A stretch of 64,000 nucleotides of DNA from an uncultured Planctomycetota bacterium (GCA_963841915.1 CAWJEN010000005.1:800001-864000); one strand, 5' to 3'. Counted from the stretch's first letter, positions 19,919 through 30,985 are shown. A program made the numbers and translations. Notes: generated by a model not told the origin, from the sequence alone.

Positions 19919-20740
19919 ATGACGACGCTCATGCGCAGTCTCATTGCTGTCATTCTTTTGCTTGCGGTGCTTCCGGCGTCGGCGAACCCATTTGCCGGTG
20001 ACGAGCCCAAGGCCTCGGTCGAGCTGCTCGTCGCCGCCGATGTCGTGCGGCCGGGGGACACCATTGCCGTCGGCATCAAGTTCACGATGCAGCCCGGCTG
20101 GCACATCTACTGGCAGAATCCCGGGGACGCCGGTCAGCCGCCGACGTTCAGTTGGAACCTGCCCAAAGGCTTCGAAGCCATTGAGCCGAACTTTCCAACG
20201 CCCATCAGCTTCGAATCCGGTGGCCTCGTCGGGTACGGGTACGGCGACACGATCATCTTCCCGGCGACGCTCACGGTTCCGAAGAATCTCATGAGTCGAG
20301 GCGGCGGGCTCACCATGGCTGTCGACTACCTCATCTGCGACGACAAAGTCTGCATCCCCGAGTCTGCCGTTGCGACCGCGGATGTCACGCTCGGCGGCTC
20401 GACCGAGATCAAGCAGAACGTCGTCGACGCCATCGAAGCCGCCAAGGCGAGCGTGCCGATTCCGGTGCAACGCAAGGACGACACGGGCGATCTGCAGGTG
20501 ACGCTGCGCGGCGTGACGAATGTCGGGCTGTTCCCGATGCCACCGGGCGACGTCGAAGCGACGCCCGGAGCCGTGACGCAGTCGTCTGACATCTACACGC
20601 TACCGCTTAAGACTCGCAAACTCGGTGGCGGTGACGTGCCGACCTTTCCGGCGGTCATCGGCTACACCGATAGCGACGGCAACCGCCGCGGCCTGCTCGT
20701 GACGATCACGCCGGCAGGTGCCGCAGGTGCAGCCGAGTGA
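19919..20740 (+). CDS. Exported DsbD N-terminal-like domain protein
   Basis: Signal peptide; PGWHIYWQNPGDAGQPP and LICDDKVCIPE motifs. Confidence 0.85.
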   Translation: MTTLMRSLIAVILLLAVLPASANPFAGDEPKASVELLVAADVVRPGDTIAVGIKFTMQPGWHIYWQNPGDAGQPPTFSWNLPKGFEAIEPNFPTPISFESGGLVGYGYGDTIIFPATLTVPKNLMSRGGGLTMAVDYLICDDKVCIPESAVATADVTLGGSTEIKQNVVDAIEAAKASVPIPVQRKDDTGDLQVTLRGVTNVGLFPMPPGDVEATPGAVTQSSDIYTLPLKTRKLGGGDVPTFPAVIGYTDSDGNRRGLLVTITPAGAAGAAE

Positions 20741-20806
20741 CCTAAAGTATCCAGTTCACGCGCTACCGAATGATCGGCCGGCACATCACCCCTGAAGGAG
20801 CATCCC

Positions 20807-21454
20807 ATGATTCGCAACACCCTCATCGCCTCGATCGCATTGACTGCCGGTTTCCTCGCTTCGCCCGCCATGGCCGGCGAAGGCTGTTCGTCGTGCATGA
20901 GCGGCAAGACGACGGAAATCGCCGCCGACATGAAGGCCGCCGTCGGCCAGAAGGCACCTGACTTCAAGCTGATGGACCAGGAAGGCAAAGCCGTCAACCT
21001 GAGCGACTACGCCGGCAAGATCGTCGTGCTCGAGCAGTTCAACGACCAGTGCCCTTACGTCGTCAAGTTCTACAAGAACGGTGACATGAACGACATGGCC
21101 GCCAAGGCCAAGGAAATGGGCGTCGTTTGGCTGGCCATCGACTCATCGAACTTCTCGAGCGTCGAAGAAAACAAGGCCATCTCAGCCGAGTGGAAGATCG
21201 ACCGCCCGCTGCTCGATGACTCCGACGGCACGTTCGGCAAGATGTACGAGGCCAAGACGACCCCGCACATGTACGTCATCGACAAGGAAGGCATTCTCGC
21301 TTACGCCGGTGCCATCGACTCGATGCGCAGCACCGACGCCAGCGATGTCGCCAAGGCTGACAACTACGTCATGATGGCTGTCGAGGCTCTCATGGCCGGC
21401 GAAACGCCCACCCCCAGCGAGACCAAGCCGTACGGCTGCAGCGTCAAGTACTGA
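20807..21454 (+). CDS. Exported redoxin/thioredoxin-fold protein
   Basis: VGQKAPDFKL, NDQCPYV, AKTTPHMYVID and TKPYGCSVKY; strong RBS GAAGGAG. Confidence 0.9.
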   Translation: MIRNTLIASIALTAGFLASPAMAGEGCSSCMSGKTTEIAADMKAAVGQKAPDFKLMDQEGKAVNLSDYAGKIVVLEQFNDQCPYVVKFYKNGDMNDMAAKAKEMGVVWLAIDSSNFSSVEENKAISAEWKIDRPLLDDSDGTFGKMYEAKTTPHMYVIDKEGILAYAGAIDSMRSTDASDVAKADNYVMMAVEALMAGETPTPSETKPYGCSVKY

Positions 21455-21478
21455 CCTTCGTCCCTTCGGCCCCGGCCG

Positions 21479-21594
21479 GAGGAACGCGAAGGAACGATAG
21501 AGCGAAGGGCCGCGAAGACAGAAGCGAAGGTGGATTGCTCCACTTTTCTTCTGAACTTCGCGGCCCTTCGTCTCTTTGCTTCTTCGCGTTCCTC
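21479..21594. repeat. Long imperfect intergenic hairpin built from CGAAG units
   Basis: GAGGAACGCGAAG pairs with CTTCGCGTTCCTC, and CGAAGGGCCGCGAAG with CTTCGCGGCCCTTCG. Confidence 0.75.
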
Positions 21595-21617
21595 TGATCG
21601 GCCGTCGTGCTTAGCTT

Positions 21618-22643
21618 GTGGGAGTGCACGGAGATGACTTTCCAAAGGATGGACAAGGGTTACCGACGCTGGGATTGGTCTGCCTCAGCAGTGACGAGCA
21701 GATCAAGTACCGCAGCCTGACGCGAGCGATCTACCTCAAGACGCCGCCGCGGCATCGGCGGTTGTTGTTGCTCGGGCTTTACTGGGACAACACGCACCGC
21801 CTGCTGCGGGCGCTCGATTACTGCGCACGCAGACACATCCGGCTCTACCGCGCGACCAGCGCGCTCTTTCCTTTCAGCGACGAACCGCTCGGCCGCGACG
21901 TGCTGCAGTCGATGCCGGCCACCCTTGCCAGCGTCGGCAGGCGGGCTCGCAAGCTCGGGATTCGTCTCATCCTGCACCCCGATCAGTTCGTCGTGCTCAA
22001 TTCCGAGAGTCGGCAAACGCGGGCAACGAGTGTCAAGATTCTGCAGAAGCACGCCCTGTGGTTCGATCTGTTCGGCCTGGAGGCCTCGACGTGGAACCTC
22101 ATGAACATTCACGGCGGAAAGGCTGGCCGGGCTGACGTGCTTGTGCGCGCCATCGACCGGCTCGACGACAACATCCGCCAGCGGCTGACCTTCGAGAACG
22201 ACGAGTACAGCTACTCGGCCGCCGAGATCCTCGAGATCAGCCGTCGGACCGGCTGCCCGACGCTCTTCGACTGTCACCACCACGTCATCAAGGACAAACT
22301 CGACAGCTACGATGATCCGAGCGTGACCGAGATGACGCTCGCTGCTCGCGAGACGTGGCCGAAGCCGTCGTGGCAGGTGTGCCACGTCAGCAACGGCGAG
22401 ACGGCCTTTCGGGATCGGTATCACGCAGAGTTTGCCCGCATGATGCCGAAGGCATTTGCAGACGTGCCCTGGCTCGAAGTTGAAAGCCGCGGCAAGGAGC
22501 AGGCGATCCTGGACCTGCGTCACCAGTGGCCGACAACGGGTGATCCGCCTGCGCACTTCCCGCTCCGCAAGCCGACAGCCGCCGAGTTGCGCGAAGCCGA
22601 AGCCGTGGCGGAGGGCAAGGCGGAGATCGAATACGCTGCCTAA
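21618..22643 (+). CDS. uvsE: UV damage endonuclease
   Basis: LGLVC, IRLYRATSALFP, HPDQFVVLNS, LTFENDE, FDCHHH and EVESRGKEQAI motifs. Confidence 0.9.
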   Translation: MGVHGDDFPKDGQGLPTLGLVCLSSDEQIKYRSLTRAIYLKTPPRHRRLLLLGLYWDNTHRLLRALDYCARRHIRLYRATSALFPFSDEPLGRDVLQSMPATLASVGRRARKLGIRLILHPDQFVVLNSESRQTRATSVKILQKHALWFDLFGLEASTWNLMNIHGGKAGRADVLVRAIDRLDDNIRQRLTFENDEYSYSAAEILEISRRTGCPTLFDCHHHVIKDKLDSYDDPSVTEMTLAARETWPKPSWQVCHVSNGETAFRDRYHAEFARMMPKAFADVPWLEVESRGKEQAILDLRHQWPTTGDPPAHFPLRKPTAAELREAEAVAEGKAEIEYAA

Positions 22644-22728
22644 CGGATGAACGTCATCCCTCGACTCCGGTCCGTTGCGTGCGGGACGAAGAACAGCGAC
22701 AGTGCCAGTTCAACTTCCAGCCGCACGC

Positions 22729-23385
22729 TCATTCGTCGCCTTTAGCCTTCCAGAGATACCAAGTGGCCACGCTTCGCCAGGGTCGCCAGTCGTCGGCGTA
22801 GCCGATGAGGTCCTTCTCGCTCGGCCGTTCGTTTAGATCGAAGGCGCGGCGGACACCTTCCCGCATCCCGAGGTCGCCGATTGGCCAAACATCGGGGCGC
22901 AGCAGGACGAACATGAGATACATCTGTGCCGTCCAGACGCCGATGCCTTGCACGGCGGTCAGCTTCGCGGTTACGGCGGCATCGTCCATCTGCGGCAGGT
23001 CCGCCAGCACGAGTCGCTTGTCCATGACGTGCCGTGACAGGTCGACTAGGTAGCGACGCTTCTGCCGACTGACGCCGCACGATTGAATCGTCTCGTCGTC
23101 CCAGCAGGTCGGCGCGTCTGGATCGAGAGCGGCAATGACCTTTCGCGGCGTCGTTGTCTTGGCCGTCATACGACCAACAAATCTGCCGTACAACGTTTGT
23201 GCTCCTTTCACCGACAACTGCTGGGAAAAGATGCTCAGCACGAGCGCGTCGAAAGGCTTTGGCAGCGGAGCGAGCTGGCACGGGCCGACATCGCGAATGA
23301 CGCGGCGGAGCACAGGGCTGAGTTGGGACAGCGCTTGCTCGGCCTCGCTCCAGTCAGGCACCGCTCGCTTGTCGTCGAACCACAC
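22729..23385 (-). CDS. alkA: DNA-3-methyladenine glycosylase II family (HhH-GPD)
   Basis: SQQLSVKGA, LTAVQGIGVWTAQMYLMF..RPDVWPIGDLG and WRPWRSVATWYLW. Confidence 0.88.
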   Translation of the reverse strand: MWFDDKRAVPDWSEAEQALSQLSPVLRRVIRDVGPCQLAPLPKPFDALVLSIFSQQLSVKGAQTLYGRFVGRMTAKTTTPRKVIAALDPDAPTCWDDETIQSCGVSRQKRRYLVDLSRHVMDKRLVLADLPQMDDAAVTAKLTAVQGIGVWTAQMYLMFVLLRPDVWPIGDLGMREGVRRAFDLNERPSEKDLIGYADDWRPWRSVATWYLWKAKGDE

Positions 23386-23473
23386 GCCGAAGCTTAAGGG
23401 GCTTCGTCGGGAACCTTGGCGTCGCTTCGGATATTGACAATGCTCTGCTTATACTGCCGACGTGACACAGACG

Positions 23474-24273
23474 ATGCAGACGGACCTGCCCGATGATGAC
23501 CAGCCGACCGACGCGCTTGCGGGTGTGGCAGAGAAGCTCGAGCAGGTCCGCGCCGCATTGCTGATGCGTGTGATCGAGCCGGCCGCAGACCGTCGGCGGT
23601 GACGATGGTGGCTGTGACGAAGTACGCTGCGCCGGAGCAGGCACGGGCCATTGTGCGGCTCGGCGTGGCCGACTTGGCCGAGAACTACGCCCAGAACCTG
23701 CAGCAACGGGCGGCCAACGTGGGCGAGTACCACAACCGACTTCGCCAAAGCGGTGCCGCTGACGTTGCTCCGGAAGTTCGATGGCACCTTGTGGGTCATC
23801 TGCAGCGGAACAAGGTTAAGGCCGTGTTGCCGCACCTGACGATGCTGCAGACGCTCGATTCGCTGCGACTGGCAGAGGAACTGGAGACACAAGTGCCCAA
23901 GCTGCTGGGCGAGGACGCCCGGTTGCCGGTGCTCATGCAGGTCAACTGCAGTCAGGAAGATCAAAAGAGTGGCGTGGCCGTCGGTGCCGCTCGGCACCTT
24001 GGCGAGCAGATCGCCGACATGCGTGGCCTGCGACTCATGGGTCTCATGACGATGGCCAAGCACGACGCGACGGAAGACGAAGCGCGGCAGACCTTTGCCC
24101 GCTGTCGAGAGATCTTCGAGGAAATGCAGAAGGCTGGCGTTGCAGGCGACGACCTGCGGCACCTGTCGATGGGCATGAGCGACGACCTGGAGGCCGGAAT
24201 TCTCGAAGGTGCCACCGTGCTCCGTGTCGGCAGCGCGCTCTTCGGCAAGCGGGAAGAGAACCCAAAGCTGTAA
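23474..24273 (+). CDS. yggS: PLP homeostasis protein YggS (1-nt frameshift near 23553)
   Basis: VAVTKY, ENYAQ, WHLVGHLQRNKVK and LSMGMSDD. Adding one C restores the N-terminus EQVRARIADACDRAGR. Confidence 0.9.
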
Positions 24274-24367
24274 GCGTGCAGTGTTCGAAAGCAGAGGCAC
24301 CAATCCGCCGCTCGACGAGCCGCAGGGCGCTGTCGTTACGCATCAGGTCTCTGACGATGGACAGGGC

Positions 24368-25744
24368 TCACTCGTCGTCGTGACGACGAAGCAACCGCTG
24401 AAGCAACCCACGGCCGCGACGGGCGAACCGGGCGGCGGCGAGACGAACGCGGAGCCGTCGCGTCATGCGATTGCCCGGCTCAATCTGACAAGCATCGGCA
24501 ATCACCACGGCGGCGGCGTCGAGTTCACGTAGCTCCAGCAACGCCAGACCGAGATTGTTGGCGGCGAGAATGTTCGACGGGTCGAGCTTGAGCGAGCGAC
24601 GACTGGCCGTAACGCCGGCGAGGTGTTGCCCACGCCAGCACTCGGCGACGCCGAGATTTTGCCAGGCAGCCGAGTCGGCCGGGGCGACGGCGACGAGTCG
24701 CTTGAAACACGCGACGGCGCGATCGACGTCACCGACATCGAGCAGCAGGCCGCCAAGTTCGCGAAGGGTGTCGACACACTCGGGCCGGCGCATCATCTCC
24801 GCCCGGCAGTGCCGACGGACGCCCACGGCATCGTCGAGCCGGTGTGCGAGTCGCGCGAGCATCAGATGCCCACGCGGAAAGCTGTTGTCGAGCTGCACCG
24901 TCCGCCGCAGAGCAACGCTCGCCTCATCGAATCGCCCGATCGCCAGGAACCGACGACCGGCCAAAAAGTGGCCACGCGGATCGTCGGGCTCGAGTCGCAC
25001 GGCCCGCTTGATGCGGTCACCGGCGGCTTCGTACTGACGCTGTTCGAGCAGTAGTTCGCCCAGCCCCATAAGGGCGTCGCGGTGCGTCGGGTCGCGACCG
25101 AGGACGCGGAGGTAAAGCCGCTTGGCCTCGGCAATGTCACCGGCAACGCCACGAAGCGCGTGCAGCTCAGCCAACCGCAGCAGCGATTCGGTGGCGAGGG
25201 CGACCTGCCCCGTCGGCGTCGCAAGTTCGTGCGCGTGACGCCAGCACCACTCGGCCCGCTCATAGGCCTCGCGGGCGGCAAGACTTCGGGCCACGTGGTA
25301 AAACGCAGCGGCACACTCTTCGCGAGCCTGCACCGCCAGGTAGAACATCTGCTCGGCCCGGTCGTGATCGCCTAGCTCGGCATGCACTTCGAGTCGGCGG
25401 ACCAGGGCGTCGGCATCGTCAGGACAGACGGCCGAAACACGCTCAAATGCCGCTAACGCGTCACGCCACTGCCTTAGGGCAATGAGGGCTTCACCATGGG
25501 CAAAGGCGTAGGCGGCTTCTTTAGGGTCGGCCTCCGACGCACGGCCAAGCGCGGTGGCGGCTTCTTCGAGTCGGCCCAGACGCGACAGACAACGCCCGAG
25601 CTCGTAATGATGCCGTGGATTACCAGGTTCCAGCTCGGCGGCAGCACGCAATTCTTCAAGAGCCTCCAGCGGACGACGCCGGCGCAACAACAGTCGCGCC
25701 CGCTCCACCCGGCCTTCGGCGTCTTGCCAGAACTCGCTGTCCAT
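24368..25744 (-). CDS. Tetratricopeptide repeat protein
   Basis: Serial TPR-like helices with A..L.P turns. Confidence 0.85.
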   Translation of the reverse strand: MDSEFWQDAEGRVERARLLLRRRRPLEALEELRAAAELEPGNPRHHYELGRCLSRLGRLEEAATALGRASEADPKEAAYAFAHGEALIALRQWRDALAAFERVSAVCPDDADALVRRLEVHAELGDHDRAEQMFYLAVQAREECAAAFYHVARSLAAREAYERAEWCWRHAHELATPTGQVALATESLLRLAELHALRGVAGDIAEAKRLYLRVLGRDPTHRDALMGLGELLLEQRQYEAAGDRIKRAVRLEPDDPRGHFLAGRRFLAIGRFDEASVALRRTVQLDNSFPRGHLMLARLAHRLDDAVGVRRHCRAEMMRRPECVDTLRELGGLLLDVGDVDRAVACFKRLVAVAPADSAAWQNLGVAECWRGQHLAGVTASRRSLKLDPSNILAANNLGLALLELRELDAAAVVIADACQIEPGNRMTRRLRVRLAAARFARRGRGLLQRLLRRHDDE

Positions 25745-25977
25745 GCGGAACCTTCTTTACGATGAGCGACCTTGGCGAAAGGCGGCCTCGGCGGGGCCAC
25801 CTGGTCGGCCACGGGCGCGACGCATTCTTGCGTCGGGCCTGCGGACAGCGGTAACCTTAGCCGATGATTGGGGTTGCCGCAACGCCGCTTCGCAGAGCGG
25901 CGTCGGTTTCTTCTATAACGTTCGTTCTACCGCCTGCGATCCGGTGGCTGCTCTAGGATGAACACCGGCCGGGGTCG

Positions 25978-28218
25978 ATGCCACGGTCGGTCTGCAGGTC
26001 GCGAACGGGAACCAGAACCATCTACGTGTTGAGTCGGGCAACGATCTTCGTAGCGGCCCTGGCCGTTCCGACAACGGTCGCGGCCACGCTTGCACGCGCG
26101 CAAACGGCCCCAGCGACACCTGAAGCCGTTCCGTCGGTCACGGGGGCCGAAATTGTTGCGTCGGATGTTGATGTGCTCGCCGGTCGGCTCGCCGAAAGTG
26201 TTTCACCCAGCGATCTCACACTCATCGTCCGACAGTTCGCTTCCCTACGAGGTGGCCAAGCGACGCGGGCGGCGGAGCTTGTCGCCAATTTACCTGAGGC
26301 CAGACGTCGGGTGGTGCTCAATCAGCTTGCCGACGCGCTCAGCCGCGTCGATGCACCGGCCGCGGCATGGGTGCCGTTGCTGGGTCAGCAATTACGTGCG
26401 GCAAATGCCGATCAGATCCGCCAGCACGCTGCTTCGGCGTTGGCGTCGATCGGCACGCCGCAGGCGATCGCGGTGCTCGTCGATGCCTCTGCGGCTGGAA
26501 ACGCTGTCCCGATCCAGCGGACCGCCGCCGAGGCGCTGGGCCGCATTCCGGACGTCGCAGCCGTGCAGGCGTTGGCGACGATGCTGGGCGACGCTCATCT
26601 GCTCGAGGCCCGACTTGCAGCCGGTGCATCGCTGGCGGAACTTACCGGCGCGCCCGTTGCCGCGGTCGACGTTGAAGGCTGGCGGCGTTGGACGGCCGAC
26701 GCGTTGGCCGGTGATCTGGTCGTGCTGCAGGCGTTGCTGAGCGAGCAGGCGGTCGATCGTTCGGCAATCCTGCAGAATCGACTGATCGCCGCCGAAGCGG
26801 CCGTCGAGCGGCTCGTGCGTACTCGATACGGCGACGCCGCCCAAGACAAGCGGCGGCAGATGCTCACGGTCTACCTTGGTGATCGTGACGTGGCCGTCCG
26901 CCTCGCCGCCGCCCGGCTGGTGCTGGAGAACGTCGGTTTGGGCGAGCTGCCCGGTGATCGTTCGGTCGCCTTGGTCCGTGCCGCTGTAGCTGACGCCGAT
27001 CCGCGGGTTCGGCAGCTTGCTGCCCGCATCATTCGTGATGTCGGTGATCGTGATGGCGCTCGACTGGCACTTGAACGGTTGCCCCGCGAGTCAGATCCGC
27101 AAACGCGTCTGGTCGTGCTGGAGGCAGTAGCGCGGCTGGTCGATGCGTCGGCCGTCGGGCTGTTCCTCGACGTCGCGCGGGACGATGCCGTGCCGCAGAT
27201 TCGTCAGGCGGCGGCGGAAGAGGCGGCGCGGGTCGCCGTTGCCGCCAATTCCCCGGCCACGGTCACCGCCGTGTCCAACACGCTTCGCAACCTTGCCGCC
27301 GACGCTCCAAGCGACGGCGACCGCATCGCCCTGCTGGCCGCCCTGTCGCAGTTGCCCGATCCGACACTCGGCCGCTTCTGGACCACGCGTCTCGCCGAAC
27401 TGGGTACCCAAGGGCCTTCTGTTCCCGTCGGTACCGCTTTAGACGGCTTGGCCTCTGTGGCCGACGCGCAGACAGCCGATGTGGCATCGTCGTTCCTGGA
27501 GCACCCGGATGCGACGGTGCGTGCAGCGGCAGTCCGTGCGGTCGCGGCGACGGCCGGGTTGCCACGGTTCCCGTCGCTTCAGGCGTTGTTCGACCCGCGA
27601 CCTGGTGCAGAGCCGCCCGCCCCGCCGGTGCTTGAAGCGGCCAGAGAGGCGTTCGTTGAGTTGCTACCGACGGCCGACGATGTCGAGTTGGCGAAGTGGC
27701 CGGACCGGTTGCGGGACCCGCAGTTGAAGCTCGTGGTGCTCGAAGAGCTTATCAGTCGTGCCCGGAAGGCAGACGCGCCCAAGCTGCTGGGCTATCGGCT
27801 TCATGAGGCGGCTGACCTGCTGAGTGGCCCGCTTGATGAACCCGCCCGTGCCGCGTCGCTCTTCGGGGAGGCATTGTCGCTCGAGCTGCAGATTCAGGAA
27901 CGGTCAGTTGCACCCGCTGCGGTGAGGGATCTGCCACCGACGCCGCTGACGGTTGCCCGACTTGAAGGAACGATTGTCAACTTTCTACTCGCGGGCAACT
28001 TGGCGTCGACGTCGGAGGTGGCTGTCGAATTGCTGGGCAGGCGTCCGAAGCTGTCGAGCGACATCGGGGCATCGGTTCGTCGTGCTGCCGACAAGCTGTC
28101 GACGTTGAAGCGGCTGCCGGAGGCCCGCGCCGCAGCTGAGGCTGCGTTGGCGTGGCAGCCACCGTTGGATGATGTCAGCCGCCGAAACCTGACGGACCTG
28201 CTCAGGCGTCTGCAGTAG
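25978..28218 (+). CDS. Exported HEAT-repeat protein
   Basis: Signal-like N-terminus; D.D..VR..AA repeats. Confidence 0.75.
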   Translation: MPRSVCRSRTGTRTIYVLSRATIFVAALAVPTTVAATLARAQTAPATPEAVPSVTGAEIVASDVDVLAGRLAESVSPSDLTLIVRQFASLRGGQATRAAELVANLPEARRRVVLNQLADALSRVDAPAAAWVPLLGQQLRAANADQIRQHAASALASIGTPQAIAVLVDASAAGNAVPIQRTAAEALGRIPDVAAVQALATMLGDAHLLEARLAAGASLAELTGAPVAAVDVEGWRRWTADALAGDLVVLQALLSEQAVDRSAILQNRLIAAEAAVERLVRTRYGDAAQDKRRQMLTVYLGDRDVAVRLAAARLVLENVGLGELPGDRSVALVRAAVADADPRVRQLAARIIRDVGDRDGARLALERLPRESDPQTRLVVLEAVARLVDASAVGLFLDVARDDAVPQIRQAAAEEAARVAVAANSPATVTAVSNTLRNLAADAPSDGDRIALLAALSQLPDPTLGRFWTTRLAELGTQGPSVPVGTALDGLASVADAQTADVASSFLEHPDATVRAAAVRAVAATAGLPRFPSLQALFDPRPGAEPPAPPVLEAAREAFVELLPTADDVELAKWPDRLRDPQLKLVVLEELISRARKADAPKLLGYRLHEAADLLSGPLDEPARAASLFGEALSLELQIQERSVAPAAVRDLPPTPLTVARLEGTIVNFLLAGNLASTSEVAVELLGRRPKLSSDIGASVRRAADKLSTLKRLPEARAAAEAALAWQPPLDDVSRRNLTDLLRRLQ

Positions 28219-28291
28219 GATCATCAGCGGCCGTAGCGTCGGCAGGCCTGCTTTTGCCGCCTGAGCTTGTTGCCGGTACACCACCTCGTCT

Positions 28292-29839
28292 GTGTTCTCG
28301 TTCCCAGCCTTGATCGACACTCTGCTGCACGCCCCGCTTGCGGTCGGCGGGCATGTGGACGACGTCACCGGTTGGGGCATGACGTGGCGGGCGCTGCTGG
28401 CGGTGTTTCTGCTCGCGTTGAACGGCTTCTTCGTTGCGGCAGAGTTCGCGGCTGTCGGTGCCCGCGCGAGTCGACTCGAACAACAGGCGGCCGACTCGAT
28501 TCCGTCGCGGATCGCGCTCATGGTCAAGCACAAGCTCGACCTGTATCTGTCGACGTGCCAGCTCGGCATCACGATCGCGTCGCTGGGCCTGGGTTACGTC
28601 GTCGAGCCTGCTGTCGCCCCGCTGCTCGAGCCGGTCTTGAACTTTCTGAGGCTTGACGGCTTCATCGATACGGTGCTGGCGTCGCAGGTCATGGCGCTGA
28701 TCATCATGACCGCCATGCACGTGGTCGTGGGTGAGGTTGCCCCGAAGAACCTGGCGATCTTTTACCCGGATCGGATGCTGCCGATCCTTGCCCCGCCGCT
28801 GGCGGCGTTCACGGCTGTCTTTTATCCGGCGATCTGGTCGCTCAATTCCGCGAGCAACCTGTTGCTCAAGTGGGTTGGTGTGCCGCTCGACGAAGCCAGT
28901 CACGGGATGGTGCCGCACACGGGCGAAGAGCTGCGGACGCTCTTCCGCCAAGCCGCCGACGCAGGCACGATCGAGGCCGGTGACGCGGCGCTGCTGCGAG
29001 GCGCTTTCGACTTCGGCGACCTGAAGGTGCGGCAGATCATGACGCCGCGCGTCGAGGTCGACTTCCTGGAGGCCGACGCTCCGATGAGTGAGGTGCTACG
29101 GAAGGTGCAGACGAGCGAGTACACGCGGCTGCCCCTGTGTCGCGGCGATCTGGATCACGTCATCGGCCTCGTCCACATGAAGGACCTGTTTGCCAAGCTG
29201 CACCTGGAAACGGGTCGATTGGCCTTTGCCGACGCCAAGACGACAGCTTCCGAAGCCATTGTCATTGCAGGGGGACCTGACTTTCCGGGCAGTCGGCCGC
29301 ACGTCATCGGGCCCGGTGAGATCAATCTGAGCGAGGTGCGGCGCGACGTCTTGTTCGTGCCCGAACTCCTCGGCGTCTCGCCGACGCTTCGGCAGATGCA
29401 GCAGGCGCGGACGCACCTGGCCGTCGTCGTCGACGAGTACGGCGGCACGGTGGGCATCGTCACGCTCGAAGACGTCGTCGAACAGATTGTCGGCGACATC
29501 GAGGACGAGTTCGATGTCGAAGAAGAGCGAACCGGCGGCCGACACGGCTTCATCGCCGAGGGCGAGATGTTCCGGGTCGGTGGCCAGTTCCCGCTGCACG
29601 AGTTGCGAGATCACCTGCCGGTCGGTGACTGGGAACCGCCTGAAGACGTCGACACGCTCGGCGGGTTCGTGACGGCGAAGCTCGGTCGCTGGCCACGTGC
29701 CGGTGATGCAACGACCATGGGGCTACGCGACGAATACACCGTCCGCGTGGTCGGCATGTCGCCCAGCCGACAGATCACGCTGCTCATCGGTCCGAGCACA
29801 CAGGATCAGGCCCGCGAAGATGGCCCTGGCGTCGTCTAA
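28292..29839 (+). CDS. Hemolysin/CNNM family protein with CBS pair and CorC domain
   Basis: LNGFFVAAEFA, CQLGITIASLGLG, GEVAPK and VVVDEYGGTVGIVTLEDVVEQIVGDIEDEFD. Confidence 0.92.
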   Translation: MFSFPALIDTLLHAPLAVGGHVDDVTGWGMTWRALLAVFLLALNGFFVAAEFAAVGARASRLEQQAADSIPSRIALMVKHKLDLYLSTCQLGITIASLGLGYVVEPAVAPLLEPVLNFLRLDGFIDTVLASQVMALIIMTAMHVVVGEVAPKNLAIFYPDRMLPILAPPLAAFTAVFYPAIWSLNSASNLLLKWVGVPLDEASHGMVPHTGEELRTLFRQAADAGTIEAGDAALLRGAFDFGDLKVRQIMTPRVEVDFLEADAPMSEVLRKVQTSEYTRLPLCRGDLDHVIGLVHMKDLFAKLHLETGRLAFADAKTTASEAIVIAGGPDFPGSRPHVIGPGEINLSEVRRDVLFVPELLGVSPTLRQMQQARTHLAVVVDEYGGTVGIVTLEDVVEQIVGDIEDEFDVEEERTGGRHGFIAEGEMFRVGGQFPLHELRDHLPVGDWEPPEDVDTLGGFVTAKLGRWPRAGDATTMGLRDEYTVRVVGMSPSRQITLLIGPSTQDQAREDGPGVV

Positions 29840-29984
29840 TTTGGCAATCAATATCTCGTGATCGCGGTGGACACACTGAATGCAGCCATGGTGTCTGCGT
29901 CGTCCCACGGTGTTCCCGCACCGCCTCGCTTGACGGTGGCAGGCCTCTGTTCCTAGCATCCCCCGTTCGCCGCTAGGAATATCC

Positions 29985-30974
29985 ATGAATCTGCTTCGGC
30001 CTCTCGTTGTCATCGGTCTGCTGACGCTCCCGCTTGCACTTGTGGGCTGTGGTGAGGCGTCGGCGGAGGATCGTTCTAACGCCGCTGCATTTGTTTCGGC
30101 TGTCGACCGAGACGGCTTCGAGACGTTCATCTCGGCTGACGAGTTGACAATCCTTCGGGCGGCGACGGAGGCTGTTCTGATTGATGTTCGGTCGGCCGAC
30201 GCCTACGCGGCCGGGCACCTGCCCGGTGCAGTGAGTCTGCCAGCGTCGACGTTGCGAACCGGTAAGGCAAAGCCTGGCTCGGGGGACAGCCAGTACATCT
30301 TCCGCGACGGTGACAACCAGGGTGACATCGCCCGATACGAGCAGCTCTTCGGCGAGGCCGGGATCAGCCGGGAGCACACGGTTATCCTCTACGGCAACCA
30401 CGCCGGCAAGGGTGACGGCACCGTCGCGGCGATGCTGCTCGACTGGCTTGGGCAGGAGCGGATTTACTTCCTCGACGGCGTCGGTGTCGATCAGTGGCAG
30501 CAGGCTGGTTTCGAACTCGATACAAAGCCGGTGGTGCTGGAGCCCACTACCTACATCGCGATGCCGCGAGCTGACTTTCTGTGGAACCTGGACGATGTCG
30601 TCGCCCACGCTGGCAAGGGAACGGCCGTCTTCTACGACACCCGTTCGCTGAACGAGTATGCGGGTATCGACAAGCGTGACAACGTCCGCGGCGGCCACAT
30701 CCCGCAGGCGATCCACGCTGACTATGCCGAGCTGCTGGACGAGAACAAGCAGATCAAGCCGCGAGCGGAGCTGGAGGCGATCTTCGCCCGGCACGGTCTG
30801 CCGGAGGCCAAAGCCGCCAATCGGCCGATCGTGCTGTACTGCCAGACGAGCACCCGCGTGTCGTTGCCCTACCTGGCCCTCCGCGAGCTCGGCTACGAGA
30901 ACGTGGCCGTCTACGACGCCAGCTGGCACGAGTATGGCAACCGCGATGACACAGCCATCGCGACGGTGGAGTAG
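29985..30974 (+). CDS. Two-domain rhodanese/sulfurtransferase lipoprotein
   Basis: Lipobox ALVGC; IDVRS..Y.AGHLPGA, GGHIPQA, YCQTSTR and YDASWHEY. Confidence 0.9.
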   Translation: MNLLRPLVVIGLLTLPLALVGCGEASAEDRSNAAAFVSAVDRDGFETFISADELTILRAATEAVLIDVRSADAYAAGHLPGAVSLPASTLRTGKAKPGSGDSQYIFRDGDNQGDIARYEQLFGEAGISREHTVILYGNHAGKGDGTVAAMLLDWLGQERIYFLDGVGVDQWQQAGFELDTKPVVLEPTTYIAMPRADFLWNLDDVVAHAGKGTAVFYDTRSLNEYAGIDKRDNVRGGHIPQAIHADYAELLDENKQIKPRAELEAIFARHGLPEAKAANRPIVLYCQTSTRVSLPYLALRELGYENVAVYDASWHEYGNRDDTAIATVE

Positions 30975-30985
30975 TTCTCGGACGT

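Noticed and set aside
23434..23455. Sigma70 promoter TTGACA...TATACT before yggS
   Set aside because: The spacer is only 10 bp, far from the usual 16-18 bp.
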